A stretch of 64,000 nt of DNA, from positions 18,443 through 82,442 of the forward strand of contig MFDF01000008.1 of assembly GCA_001776785.1 (NCBI GenBank). Reading direction: 5' to 3'. Positions within the stretch are counted from its first letter, which is position 1. Each line of letters starts with the position of its first letter. The DNA comes from Candidatus Daviesbacteria bacterium RIFCSPHIGHO2_12_FULL_37_16. Lineage in GTDB: Bacteria > Patescibacteriota > Microgenomatia > Daviesbacterales > UBA10151. A program made the position numbers and the translations under genes. Shown piece after piece: positions 8,269 to 17,433 of this stretch. The notes beneath the pieces are model-generated. The model worked only from the letters and a program-made list of their open reading frames with translations, had not been told where the DNA came from and ran no database searches.

Positions 8269-8290
8269 CTATCGCTACTTAGTGTACCAA
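8253..8290. repeat. second copy of the aatagctatcgc-loop hairpin, overlapping the stop codon of the PaaX-like gene
   Basis: ttgggacaac-gaatagctatcgctactta-gtgtaccaa; loop nearly identical to 7661-7680. Confidence 0.5.
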
Positions 8291-8299
8291 AGCCATTTT

Positions 8300-8530
8300 A
8301 TATTTCAAACTTGAAACTTGAAATTTAATAACAGAATTTATTATAATCAATTCAAAGCTGTGAAAGAGTTTCCCGCTCTGGAGTCCGCCTCCGCTAAAGC
8401 TACGGCAGGACGAGCTGGGTGCGATAAGCATCCCCGGTTGAACCGTAAAAACTTAAATTGAGAAGTAATCAAGGTGGTACCACGAATGCACTTCGTCCTT
8501 GCAAGAGTGTAAGGAAGGAGTGCTTTTTTA
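8300..8530 (+). promoter_or_regulatory. putative T-box riboswitch leader of proS
   Basis: aatcaaGGTGGTACCacg resembles the T-box consensus AGGGUGGNACCGCG; followed by hairpin gcacttcgtccttgc...aaggaaggagtgc plus TTTTTT directly before the proS start; region is GC-rich relative to flanks. Confidence 0.5.
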
Positions 8531-10246
8531 ATGCTTTATTCAAAGTTATTTCCAAAAACAATTAAAGAAACACCTAAAGATGCTTCACTGACCTCCCATA
8601 AACTCCTTTACAGGGGTGGGTTTATCAGGGAATCAGCAGCAGGAAGATATTACTTGCTTCCACTTGGAATAAGGGTCCATCAAAAAATACAAAAAATCAT
8701 AAAAGAGGAGATGGATAAAACAGGAGCCCAGGAAATGGTAACTCCAGTTTTGCACCCTAAAGAACTCTGGAAAGAAACAAACAGAACTTCCTCAGTAGGT
8801 TTTGAGTTAATGAGCATAAAAGACAGAAATGAGATGGAGTTTGTTTTAGGTGGAACAGCAGAAGAAATGCTTGTAGATCTAGTTAGAAAATTCAAACTAA
8901 GTTATAGGGACCTGCCATTTAATCTTTATCAATTTTCCACAAAATTCAGGGATGAGTTAAGAGCTAGAGGAGGTCTTTTAAGGCTTAGAGAGTTCATGAT
9001 GAAAGATGCTTATTCTTTTGATGCAACAGAGGGTGATTTTAAAACTGAATATGAAAAAATGTCAAAGACTTATACAGAAATTTTTAATAGGATGGGTTTA
9101 AAAACAATTATTGTTGAATCTGACAATGGATACATTGGTGGGGAATACTGTCATGAGTTTGTAGTTGAATCAGAAGTTGGTGAAAGCAGATTTTTAATGA
9201 CAGAAGATGGTTCATATGCAGCACATGAAGATGTAGCTAAATTTAGCTTAGAAAGAAAAAATGTTTCTGAAAAAGAAAAACCTTTAGAAGAAGTAGAGGC
9301 AGTTAGAGGAACAACAATGGAGGATGGAGTTAAACTGCATAATCTGCCTCTTTGGCAGCAGATCAAAGATGTGTTATTTGTAGATGAAAAAGGCAGGTTT
9401 ATTTTAAGCATTATTAGGGGTGACTATGATGTTAATGAAACAAAGCTTTTACATCTAATTAAATCCTACCAATTAAGACATGCAACAGAAGAAGAGATAA
9501 GGGAAAAGATTCACTCTGAACCTGGATTTATTTCTCCTGTGGGAATTAAAGACATTATAGAAAAGGATGTTGAACTAATTATTGTTGCAGATGATTCACT
9601 AAGGACTGTTAAAAATGCTTATGGTGGTGCAAACAAAAAACACAGAGACCTTTTAAATATGAATATAGACAGAGACTATAAAGCAGACATAGAAGGGGAT
9701 ATTGCTTTAGCCAGGGAAGGGGACTTAGCAGCAGATGGGGGAGGAAAGTTAATAGCAAAAAAGGGAATTGAGGTTGGAAATATTTTCCAGCTTGGTTTTC
9801 ATTATTCTTCAAAGATGAAAGGTGCAAATTACATAGATAAAGATGGTAAAGAAAAACCTTATTATATGGGTTGTTATGGCATAGGCCTTGCCAGGACTTT
9901 GGCCACAGTAGTTGAAGTTTACAATGATGAAAAGGGCATTGTATGGCCAGAATCTGTAGCACCATATCAAGTTCACCTTGTTGGTTTAGACCTATCTGAC
10001 AAAGCTGTTTTGGAAAAAGCAGAACAAGTTTATAAAATTCTAACTTCTCATGGGATAGAAGTTTTATTTGATGACAGGATAGAGCCCTCTGCAGGTGAAA
10101 AGTTTGCAGATGCAGATTTGATAGGGATTCCTTATAGAGTAGTAATTTCTAAGAAAACCGGAGCAGAGATAGAAGTTAAAAAAAGGTCCCAAAAAGAGAC
10201 TGAATTTAAAAAATTAGAGGATCTGGTAAAATCTATCAAGGAATGA
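8531..10246 (+). CDS. proS: prolyl-tRNA synthetase
   Basis: Class II aaRS motifs (FRDELRARGGLLRLREFMMKDAYSFD), ProRS anticodon-binding C-terminus; 571 aa. Confidence 0.95.
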   Translation: MLYSKLFPKTIKETPKDASLTSHKLLYRGGFIRESAAGRYYLLPLGIRVHQKIQKIIKEEMDKTGAQEMVTPVLHPKELWKETNRTSSVGFELMSIKDRNEMEFVLGGTAEEMLVDLVRKFKLSYRDLPFNLYQFSTKFRDELRARGGLLRLREFMMKDAYSFDATEGDFKTEYEKMSKTYTEIFNRMGLKTIIVESDNGYIGGEYCHEFVVESEVGESRFLMTEDGSYAAHEDVAKFSLERKNVSEKEKPLEEVEAVRGTTMEDGVKLHNLPLWQQIKDVLFVDEKGRFILSIIRGDYDVNETKLLHLIKSYQLRHATEEEIREKIHSEPGFISPVGIKDIIEKDVELIIVADDSLRTVKNAYGGANKKHRDLLNMNIDRDYKADIEGDIALAREGDLAADGGGKLIAKKGIEVGNIFQLGFHYSSKMKGANYIDKDGKEKPYYMGCYGIGLARTLATVVEVYNDEKGIVWPESVAPYQVHLVGLDLSDKAVLEKAEQVYKILTSHGIEVLFDDRIEPSAGEKFADADLIGIPYRVVISKKTGAEIEVKKRSQKETEFKKLEDLVKSIKE

Positions 10247-10539
10247 AGGAAAATCCTTTTAGACTAAAAGAATTACAAACGTCAGATCTGCCCATATTTG
10301 AAACTGATAGAAGAGTGGCATATCGTGCAGAAGTCCCTGATAATCCAATTTGGGAATCTAACTCAATGCGTCTAATCAGGCTCTCAGCAATTTTTGGAAT
10401 TTACCCTCCAGCCACAAGTACTGAAGAATTTTTATACCATATTGCAGTCATGGGAGCTGAAACTGTGCAGCTTTTTAGGGATACCATGAGAGAAACTTTA
10501 GAGAAAATAGATTATGAACACCAAGTTAGAGGTAATTAA
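10243..10539 (+). CDS. hypothetical protein, translationally coupled to proS (ATGA overlap)
   Basis: ORF start overlaps the proS stop; no recognisable motif. Confidence 0.4.
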   Translation: MKENPFRLKELQTSDLPIFETDRRVAYRAEVPDNPIWESNSMRLIRLSAIFGIYPPATSTEEFLYHIAVMGAETVQLFRDTMRETLEKIDYEHQVRGN

Positions 10540-10697
10540 CAATCATTGATTTTAAAGCTATATCCTGGCTTAGATCAGCTTGTAAAAAGTATAAATCCCA
10601 GGGTGTCAAGCTAACACACGCCCGAGGTGGGTAATTATACAAGTCTGTAATTGATAATTTCTTACATTTTTGGTATTCTTACGCATTAGTAAAACAT

Positions 10698-11861
10698 ATG
10701 GCAGTTACTAAAAACATAATTAAACAGCCTAAAGCACAAGTTCAGGTACAAGTAACTATGCCCTGGGCAGATGTGGAGCCTAAATGGAATGAAACTCTGC
10801 AAAAAATGTCAGCTGAAGTTGAACTTGCAGGTTTTAGAAAAGGCACAGCCCCCCTTAACATGGTTGAACAGCAGCTTTCAACCAGGCTTTCAGATGAAGT
10901 TGTCAAAGTTATAATGCCACAAGCCTTAATTGAGGCCCTCCAGGGTACAAACATTGTCCCAATTGATTATCCTAAATATCAGTCCATCCAGTTTCAAAAA
11001 GGGACTGATTTGGTCTTCACAGCTCTTTTAACAGAGCGCCCGGCAGTCACTGTTGGTGAGTATAAAACTATAAAGGTTGCAAGGCCTGCACAAAAAACTA
11101 TCACAGATGAGGAAGTTGCAAAAGTTATAGATGATATCTTCAAAAGATGGAAGCTTAGACAACCTCAAACTCCAACTCCAGCTCAAAGTACACCAGTTCC
11201 TGCAGCGCCCCAATCTGGTGGAAGCTTAAGCTTTAATGCTCCAGCTGATACAACTCAGCCTGCCTCGCCTGACTCGCTTCGCGAAGCGAGCAGCGGTCAA
11301 GGCGGGCCTCAGGCAACTCCTGCTCAAGCAGCTGCTTCCCAAGCTCCAGATGATAACTTTGCTAAAGCAGTTGGGGCAAATTCACTGGAGGATCTAAAAA
11401 CTAAAATTAAAACAGACTTAGAAAATGAAGCAAAATATAATAATGAATTAGACTATGAAGAAGCAATCCTCCAGGAAGTAGAAAAAATAACCACAGTTGA
11501 TATCCCTGATATTTTAGTCTCAGATGAACTCTCAAGGATGATGCTTTCTTTACAAAGGAATGTGACAGACAGGGGACTTTTACTGGATGAATACCTAAAA
11601 TCCCAGGGCAAAACCCAGGAATCCTTAAAGAATGAGTGGAGGCCCCAGGCTGAAAAAAATGTCAGGATGGAGCTTGGGTTATCTGAGGTAGCCAGAGCTG
11701 AAAATGTAAATATCACAGACCAGGAACTCCAGGCTGAGATAGATAAAATCCAGGATAACAGGGTCAAATCCCAATTCAACTCCCAGGAACCAAGGTTGCA
11801 CCTAAGACACGCATTAAGACAAACAAAAACTCTTAACCTCCTAAAAACTTTAGTTAAGTAA
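10698..11861 (+). CDS. tig: trigger factor with a Pro/Ala/Gln-rich low-complexity insertion
   Basis: N-terminal ribosome-binding region with GFRKG(T) signature and PPIase/C-domain order; ~60-aa GC-rich insert 11160-11355. Confidence 0.85.
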   Translation: MAVTKNIIKQPKAQVQVQVTMPWADVEPKWNETLQKMSAEVELAGFRKGTAPLNMVEQQLSTRLSDEVVKVIMPQALIEALQGTNIVPIDYPKYQSIQFQKGTDLVFTALLTERPAVTVGEYKTIKVARPAQKTITDEEVAKVIDDIFKRWKLRQPQTPTPAQSTPVPAAPQSGGSLSFNAPADTTQPASPDSLREASSGQGGPQATPAQAAASQAPDDNFAKAVGANSLEDLKTKIKTDLENEAKYNNELDYEEAILQEVEKITTVDIPDILVSDELSRMMLSLQRNVTDRGLLLDEYLKSQGKTQESLKNEWRPQAEKNVRMELGLSEVARAENVNITDQELQAEIDKIQDNRVKSQFNSQEPRLHLRHALRQTKTLNLLKTLVK

Positions 11862-11862
11862 A

Positions 11863-12222
11863 ATGTTAACCCCTGAAGAATTTGCAGCATTTCCTAATCA
11901 GGAAGTTGATCATCCTGAAGCACAAACAATTCTTATGAATTACGCGATGATAATGGAAAAAAAGAAAGAAGGGTCAAAAGAACTTGCTGAGTTTCTAGGT
12001 ATGAAAGTCGCTTCATATACAGGATTTATTGGTAGAGCAATTAGTCCAGAGATCGATAGGCAAGAGGAATCGTTGCTAATGGTCTATTGGCCTCATGTTC
12101 ATAGAATTCAACAAGACCCTGCTTTATCAGAGTTATATAATCAATCACTTCAAGAAACATTTAGAAGGATGGGGGTTATCAAAAGAAAAGCCAGATTGAT
12201 GCATGAAGAAGGCCTCTACTAG
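11863..12222 (+). CDS. hypothetical protein, 2 nt downstream of tig (coupled)
   Basis: ORF only. Confidence 0.4.
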   Translation: MLTPEEFAAFPNQEVDHPEAQTILMNYAMIMEKKKEGSKELAEFLGMKVASYTGFIGRAISPEIDRQEESLLMVYWPHVHRIQQDPALSELYNQSLQETFRRMGVIKRKARLMHEEGLY

Positions 12223-12330
12223 ATTTTTGCTGAGCGAGCGCAGCGAGTCGAAGCATTTCCTATAACTTTTTCCATCTTTGCATTCAATGATATAAACAAA
12301 CCATTTCCACTTTTTCATTTTTGGCTGAGC

Positions 12331-12350
12331 CCTGCCTGCCGGCAGGCAGG
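12331..12350. repeat. perfect 20-nt GC palindrome cctgcctgccggcaggcagg in a GC-rich intergenic patch
   Basis: Self-complementary; flanked by duplicated frame tttt(g)gctgagc...gtcgaagc at 12228-12260 and 12318-12362. Confidence 0.6.
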
Positions 12351-12400
12351 TTGTCGAAGCCCTACCTCCATTTGACTTTTAAATATTAAACTCATAATAT

Positions 12401-12901
12401 TTGACTATGGCAGTTGAGAGTCCAGTTGAAAATCTTAGTAGTATAGTTAATCTTAGGAGCAAAAGAGGGAAGTTTTTTATGGCAGGTATGGCAATATTAT
12501 TTGCTACTTTGGGAGATTTGGTGATATCTTTAGAAAGTTCCCACTTAAGGGATGTGAATAGTCAGATTTCCTACCCTGTCTCAGATACTGAAGCAATGGA
12601 AGCTAGAAGTTATAAATCTTCTTTAGATACTCATATTTTGGATGCAGCATATTCCAAAGACTATGGAAGAATTACATTAATTGTGGAAGATCCCAAAACT
12701 ACCAAAACTACTGTTATTTTAGATCAGCTAAAAACTACAGATGAGCAAAGAAAAGCTAGAATAGCAGAAATTGAAGCTTCTCAGAAGAAAGCTATTGGAG
12801 ATTTGAGAATTCACAGAGCAGATTTAGATCTTGCTGCAGCTGGTCTTGGAACCCTTTTATGCTTAGGTGCTATGCTTGCCCCAATATCTAAACCAGCTTA
12901 A
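12401..12901 (+). CDS. hypothetical membrane protein
   Basis: TM segments near both ends; true start may be the internal Met (MAGMAILF). Confidence 0.35.
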   Translation: MTMAVESPVENLSSIVNLRSKRGKFFMAGMAILFATLGDLVISLESSHLRDVNSQISYPVSDTEAMEARSYKSSLDTHILDAAYSKDYGRITLIVEDPKTTKTTVILDQLKTTDEQRKARIAEIEASQKKAIGDLRIHRADLDLAAAGLGTLLCLGAMLAPISKPA

Positions 12902-13016
12902 TTTTTCCCCAAAATTGCCCAAAAAAGCCCTTAGTGGTACAATAGAGGGCAGTAAACCCAAATAAAGGAGGTGTTTTTTGCAATTTACCAATTCTTTGGT
13001 AGATTGAATATAAATT

Positions 13017-13217
13017 ATGTCTATTATAGTTAGAGCAACAGGCAATGATAATTCTGATGCTGTAATCAGGAAATTTCAAAAAAGAGTAGTCCTGGAAAAA
13101 GTTGTCCAGGAATACAGGGATATAATGTTTCATAAAAAGAACTCTGAAAAAAGAAAAGAGATGTTAGCAGAAAGAAGAAGAAAAATCAGAAGAGCACAAA
13201 GACTTGCCAACCAATAA
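13017..13217 (+). CDS. rpsU: 30S ribosomal protein S21
   Basis: IIVRATGNDNSDAVIRKFQKR...EKRKEMLAERRRKIRR resembles S21 (VKVRENEPFDVALRRFKR...). Confidence 0.8.
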   Translation: MSIIVRATGNDNSDAVIRKFQKRVVLEKVVQEYRDIMFHKKNSEKRKEMLAERRRKIRRAQRLANQ

Positions 13218-13304
13218 TTAAAGCTGATTAATGATTGAAGATTAAGGATTAAAGAGAAAAAGAAAAAATCATTAATCATTCTTCATTAATCTTTAATCAT
13301 CTCA

Positions 13305-13742
13305 ATGGAAACTAAAATTAAAGAGGATCTGAAACAAGCCCAGCTTAACCGCGATGAGATTCGCCTCTCCACTTTGCGTCTTCTTTTATCAGAAATAAAT
13401 AATTCTAAGATTCAAAAAGGCTCTGATCTAACAGATGATGAGATAACCTCTGTTGTCCAAAAAGAAGCAAAAAAAAGAAGGGAATCAGTTGAATCTTTCA
13501 AAAAAGGAGGGAGGGAAGACCTGGCCCAAAAAGAAGAGTCTGAACTTAAAATACTGGAAGCTTACATGCCTGCAGGTCTCTCAAATGAGGAGTTGACTAA
13601 ATTAGTTGAAGACTCTATAAATGAGTTAGGGGCAAATTCTTTGGCTGACATGGGCAAAGTAATGAGCTCGGTAATGGCAAAAGTTGCAGGCAGGGCAGAT
13701 GGTAGTATTGTAAGCAGTCTGGTTAAAGAAAAATTATCATGA
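13305..13742 (+). CDS. yqeY: GatB/YqeY domain protein
   Basis: LKQAQLNRDEIRLSTLRLLLSEI...KRRESVESFKKGGREDLAQKEESELKILEAYMP...DMGKVMSSVMAKVAGRADGSIVSSLVKEKL matches YqeY end to end. Confidence 0.85.
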   Translation: METKIKEDLKQAQLNRDEIRLSTLRLLLSEINNSKIQKGSDLTDDEITSVVQKEAKKRRESVESFKKGGREDLAQKEESELKILEAYMPAGLSNEELTKLVEDSINELGANSLADMGKVMSSVMAKVAGRADGSIVSSLVKEKLS

Positions 13743-14155
13743 TAAATATTATTGTCACTTCAGACCCAAGATACCAGGTAAATAAACTTGCTATCCAGGC
13801 CTCTGTGCTGGATATCCTAAAACGCAACAATGTTACAGGCAATATAGAAATTGGGGTCAATATTGTAGGGGATCGGAAGATGCATGAGGTTAACAAAAAG
13901 TATAGGGGAATTGATTCAACCACAAATATCCTGTCTTTTGCCCTGGAAGACCCTGTTTCTGCAAGTGGGCTGCAGCATGTTAGAAACCTGGGTTTTGTAA
14001 AATCACCTGATAAGATATTAAAACTTGGTGATATCCTGATTTCCTGGCCTGAACTTCAAAAAGATGCAGCTGCAGCAGGTGTTTCAACAGAGCAGCAGGC
14101 AAGGTATTTGGTAGAGCATGGGACTAAGCATTTGCTTGGGATTCACCACGACTAA
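13739..14155 (+). CDS. ybeY: endoribonuclease YbeY (rRNA maturation factor)
   Basis: TNILSFALEDP and HGTKHLLGIHHD (H-x3-H-x5-H) motifs. Confidence 0.85.
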   Translation: MINIIVTSDPRYQVNKLAIQASVLDILKRNNVTGNIEIGVNIVGDRKMHEVNKKYRGIDSTTNILSFALEDPVSASGLQHVRNLGFVKSPDKILKLGDILISWPELQKDAAAAGVSTEQQARYLVEHGTKHLLGIHHD

Positions 14156-14223
14156 GAAGTTATTACAAAAACCTTTAACTTATCTTGTAAGTTTTATATT
14201 TTTTTCATATATTATCTAAACCA

Positions 14224-15750
14224 ATGGTTTACTATCGTAAGTATCGGCCACAGACTCTTGATGAAATTATTGGCCAGGAGCATATTAAAAATGCCCTAAA
14301 AAAAGCCCATGAATCCAATAGGCTTTCCCATGCTTATCTTTTTGCAGGACCCAAAGGCTCTGGTAAAACCTCAACAGCCAGGATTTTAGCAAAAATGATA
14401 AATTGTGAAGTTGGAGGTCCCTGCAATAAATGCTCTACATGTCTCTCTATAACTGATGGAAGCAACCTTGACCTGATAGAAATAGATGCAGCTTCAAACA
14501 GGGGAATTGATGATATAAGGGAGCTTAGGGAAAAGATAAAGCTTGCCCCCACTTCTTCTAAGAAAAAAGTTTATATTATAGATGAAGTCCATATGCTCAC
14601 AACTGAAGCTTTTAATGCACTTTTAAAAACTCTGGAAGAACCACCTTCCCATGTTTTATTCATCTTAGCAACCACAGACCCACACAAAATCCCCCAAACT
14701 ATTTTATCCAGGGTTCAAAGGTTTGACTTCCAGGCTGCTAAAGAAGAAGAAATAATTGAATATTTAAAAAATGTAATAAAGATAGAAAAGTTAAAAATTA
14801 GTGATGAAGCCCTTAATTTGATTGCTAAAAAATCAGAGGGAAGTTTCAGGGATGGATTAAAAATTCTTGACCAGCTTGCCAGTTCAGGTAATGAAATAAC
14901 TCTTGAGGATGTTGAAAATATTTATAAATCAGGGAAATCTGAAGATTCAATTAAGCTTTTAAATTTTATTGCAGATGCTGATACAAAATCTGCTTTAGAA
15001 TTTGTCACAGAACTTTCAGAAAGAGGAATAAGTTTAAAAGAGTTTATAAATCAAACATTACATACACTAAGACTGCTTCTTTTAATAAAACATGACACTA
15101 AAAAAGATGAAAGTCTTTCTGGTCTTTCTCAAAAACTATCAAGTCCTCAAATTGTAAAAATTGTAAATTCGCTTGGTATCGCTTTAGAAAAAATGAAGTT
15201 TGTTTCAATTCCAACCCTGCCTCTTGAAATTGCAGTAGTGGAGAGCTGCCAGGAACAAGAGGTACCACGGGGGGAAAGGGTATCACAGGTACCACAGGGA
15301 GAAGAAAATAATATTGGAAATAAGCCCCGTGATACTCGTGATACTTCAAAACCCCGTGATATCTCCAATGAGCTGATTTCTCCAGCAATTCCTGCCCCCA
15401 TCTCAGATGCCCAGGAAATTATTATTATCAAAGACAAATGGGCCTATATTTTAGAAACTATAAAACCCTACAACTTTTCTTTGGAAGCACTTTTAAAACA
15501 GTCCAAAATAGTAAGTTTTGAATCAGAAACATTAATTTTAGAAGTACCTTATTCATTCCATAAGAGAATTTTAGAAGCTCCAAAATCAAGAGAACTTTTA
15601 GAGTCAGTTTTAGCAGAAGTTTTGGGAAAAAGCGCTAAAGTCTCAACAGTTTTGGGAACCAGGCCTGTTAGGGTAGAGGAATTAGCCAATGTAGAAGTAG
15701 CAGCTGATGATGAGATTATAAAAATTGCCTCAGAGATTTTTAATTCTTAA
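14224..15750 (+). CDS. dnaX: DNA polymerase III subunit gamma/tau
   Basis: YRPQTLDEIIGQEH, Walker A GPKGSGKTS, zinc module CNKCSTC, SRVQRFDF sensor; middle section holds a tandem PRDTRDTSKPRD repeat. Confidence 0.9.
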   Translation: MVYYRKYRPQTLDEIIGQEHIKNALKKAHESNRLSHAYLFAGPKGSGKTSTARILAKMINCEVGGPCNKCSTCLSITDGSNLDLIEIDAASNRGIDDIRELREKIKLAPTSSKKKVYIIDEVHMLTTEAFNALLKTLEEPPSHVLFILATTDPHKIPQTILSRVQRFDFQAAKEEEIIEYLKNVIKIEKLKISDEALNLIAKKSEGSFRDGLKILDQLASSGNEITLEDVENIYKSGKSEDSIKLLNFIADADTKSALEFVTELSERGISLKEFINQTLHTLRLLLLIKHDTKKDESLSGLSQKLSSPQIVKIVNSLGIALEKMKFVSIPTLPLEIAVVESCQEQEVPRGERVSQVPQGEENNIGNKPRDTRDTSKPRDISNELISPAIPAPISDAQEIIIIKDKWAYILETIKPYNFSLEALLKQSKIVSFESETLILEVPYSFHKRILEAPKSRELLESVLAEVLGKSAKVSTVLGTRPVRVEELANVEVAADDEIIKIASEIFNS

Positions 15751-16068
15751 AACCCTTGGAGTATAGTTTTCTGGAGTAATTTGTGGAGTAGTTCTCCTGC
15801 TGGAATTGCGGGTTTCCCATAATTTATTCATACCCGATTCTATATGTTCCAAACCTTCGAAAATTACATAACCCAAGACAACCATTACTCCTCCTGCAAC
15901 ATGTGCGCCTTGCCTTAAAGATTCTGGATTTGGGTGGGGAAGATTTAGTTCTAAGGGCATAAAAAACTCCGATTTTATACGGATTATTGTAATATATCTT
16001 ACACTTTTTAAATTGTCAAATCTCACCTCCTTGACAGAAAGGCTTCTTTTAAATAGCATGGTTACTCA

Positions 16069-17358
16069 ATGTCATCTAAAGTTTTTAAACTAATTGAAGA
16101 AGAGAAAAAAAGGCAGATAGAAGGTTTGGAAATGATCCCTTCAGAAAACTATGTATCAGTTGATGTTCTCAAAGCTTTGGGCTCAATTCTAACCAACAAA
16201 TACTCAGAAGGCTTCCCGGGCAGAAGATATTATGGTGGTAATGAAGTTATAGACAAAATTGAAAACTATGCTTCAGACTTAGCAAAAAAACTATTTAAAG
16301 TCCCCGTAGCTCTAGTCCAGCCTTACTCAGGTTCACCAGCTAACTTTGCAGCCACCATGGCAGTCTGTGAGCCTGGTGATGTAATAATGGGCCTTTCTCT
16401 CTCCTCAGGGGGGCATCTTACTCATGGGGCACACCTGAGTTTTTCTTCAATTTTTTACAAAGCTGTTAACTATTCAGTTGGTGCAGACTGGAAGATAGAT
16501 TTTGATGAATTGGAAAAACTGGCTATAAAACATAAACCCAAACTCATCTGGGCAGGCACCACAGCTTATCCTTTCAAACTGGATTATAAAAAGTTTAGGG
16601 ATATTGCAGACAAAGTTGGTGCTACAGTAGTTGCAGATATAGCCCATATCTCTGGATTAATAGTAGGAGGAGTGCATGATAGTCCTGTACCATATGTTGA
16701 GGTAATTACCACCACCACCCACAAGACCTTGAGGGGGCCCAGGGGAGCCATGATCATGGTGACTGATCTGGGTATGAAAAAAGATCCAGAGCTTAAGGCA
16801 AAGTTAGAAAGAGCAATCATTCCGGGGCTTCAGGGAGGTCCTCACAACCACCAGACTGCAGCAATAGCCATTTCACTAGAAGAAGCCTTAACCCCAGCCT
16901 TTAAAAAATATGCTTCCCAGGTGGTAAAAAATGCAGCAGTGTTAGCTAAAGAGTTAGGGACTGTTTCAGAAAACCATCTGGTTCTCTTAAGCCTGACAGA
17001 TTATGGTAAGGGCATGGGTTATCAAGCTCAATATGCTCTGGAAACTGCAGGAATTACTGTAAATAAAAATACTATCCCCAATGAACCCATTTCACCCTTT
17101 TATCCCTCAGGCATCAGGATGGGCACTCCAGCTCTGACCACAAGGGGGATGAAAGAAAAAGATATGATAAAAATTGCTTCCTGGATCAAAAGAGCTTTAG
17201 AAGAGATAAAAGGCTTAGATATTCCTGAGCAAAAAGAAGAAAGAGCTCAATATATAAAGGACACAAAGGTCTCTTTAGCCAAAAATAAAAACCTTTTAAA
17301 GATAAAAGAAGAAGTTAAGAATTTTGCTCTGAAATTTCCTGTGCCAGGGATAGATTAA
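16069..17358 (+). CDS. glyA: serine hydroxymethyltransferase
   Basis: MIPSENYVS, PLP site TTTTHKTLRGPRG. Confidence 0.95.
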   Translation: MSSKVFKLIEEEKKRQIEGLEMIPSENYVSVDVLKALGSILTNKYSEGFPGRRYYGGNEVIDKIENYASDLAKKLFKVPVALVQPYSGSPANFAATMAVCEPGDVIMGLSLSSGGHLTHGAHLSFSSIFYKAVNYSVGADWKIDFDELEKLAIKHKPKLIWAGTTAYPFKLDYKKFRDIADKVGATVVADIAHISGLIVGGVHDSPVPYVEVITTTTHKTLRGPRGAMIMVTDLGMKKDPELKAKLERAIIPGLQGGPHNHQTAAIAISLEEALTPAFKKYASQVVKNAAVLAKELGTVSENHLVLLSLTDYGKGMGYQAQYALETAGITVNKNTIPNEPISPFYPSGIRMGTPALTTRGMKEKDMIKIASWIKRALEEIKGLDIPEQKEERAQYIKDTKVSLAKNKNLLKIKEEVKNFALKFPVPGID

Positions 17359-17381
17359 GTCTTTAAAATTTATTCTTTATA

Positions 17382-17431
17382 ATTTATATTCGCAAGAATA
17401 ATCTTGTTCATTATCTTTAAAAAAGATATAA
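17382..17431. repeat. short repeat copy B (intergenic, glyA-ybaB), near-identical to folA-internal copy 3535-3580
   Basis: 31/32-nt identity. Confidence 0.6.
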
Positions 17432-17433
17432 TT

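Noticed and set aside
10540-10697. Possible tRNA or small RNA in the GC-containing proS-tig spacer (cccagggtgtcaagctaacacacgcccgaggtggg)
   Set aside because: Could not fold it into a cloverleaf; no GTTC-type T-loop or acceptor-stem complementarity.
13218-13304. Long AT-rich inverted repeat between rpsU and yqeY as a mobile element
   Set aside because: Composed of simple (t)taatgatt / taaagat repeats; more plausibly an AT-rich spacer or attenuator hairpin than a defined element.
15730-16059. 109-aa minus-strand ORF between dnaX and glyA
   Set aside because: Its 3' half overlaps the dnaX 3' end and it has no recognisable motif; more likely a promoter region for glyA. Left unannotated.
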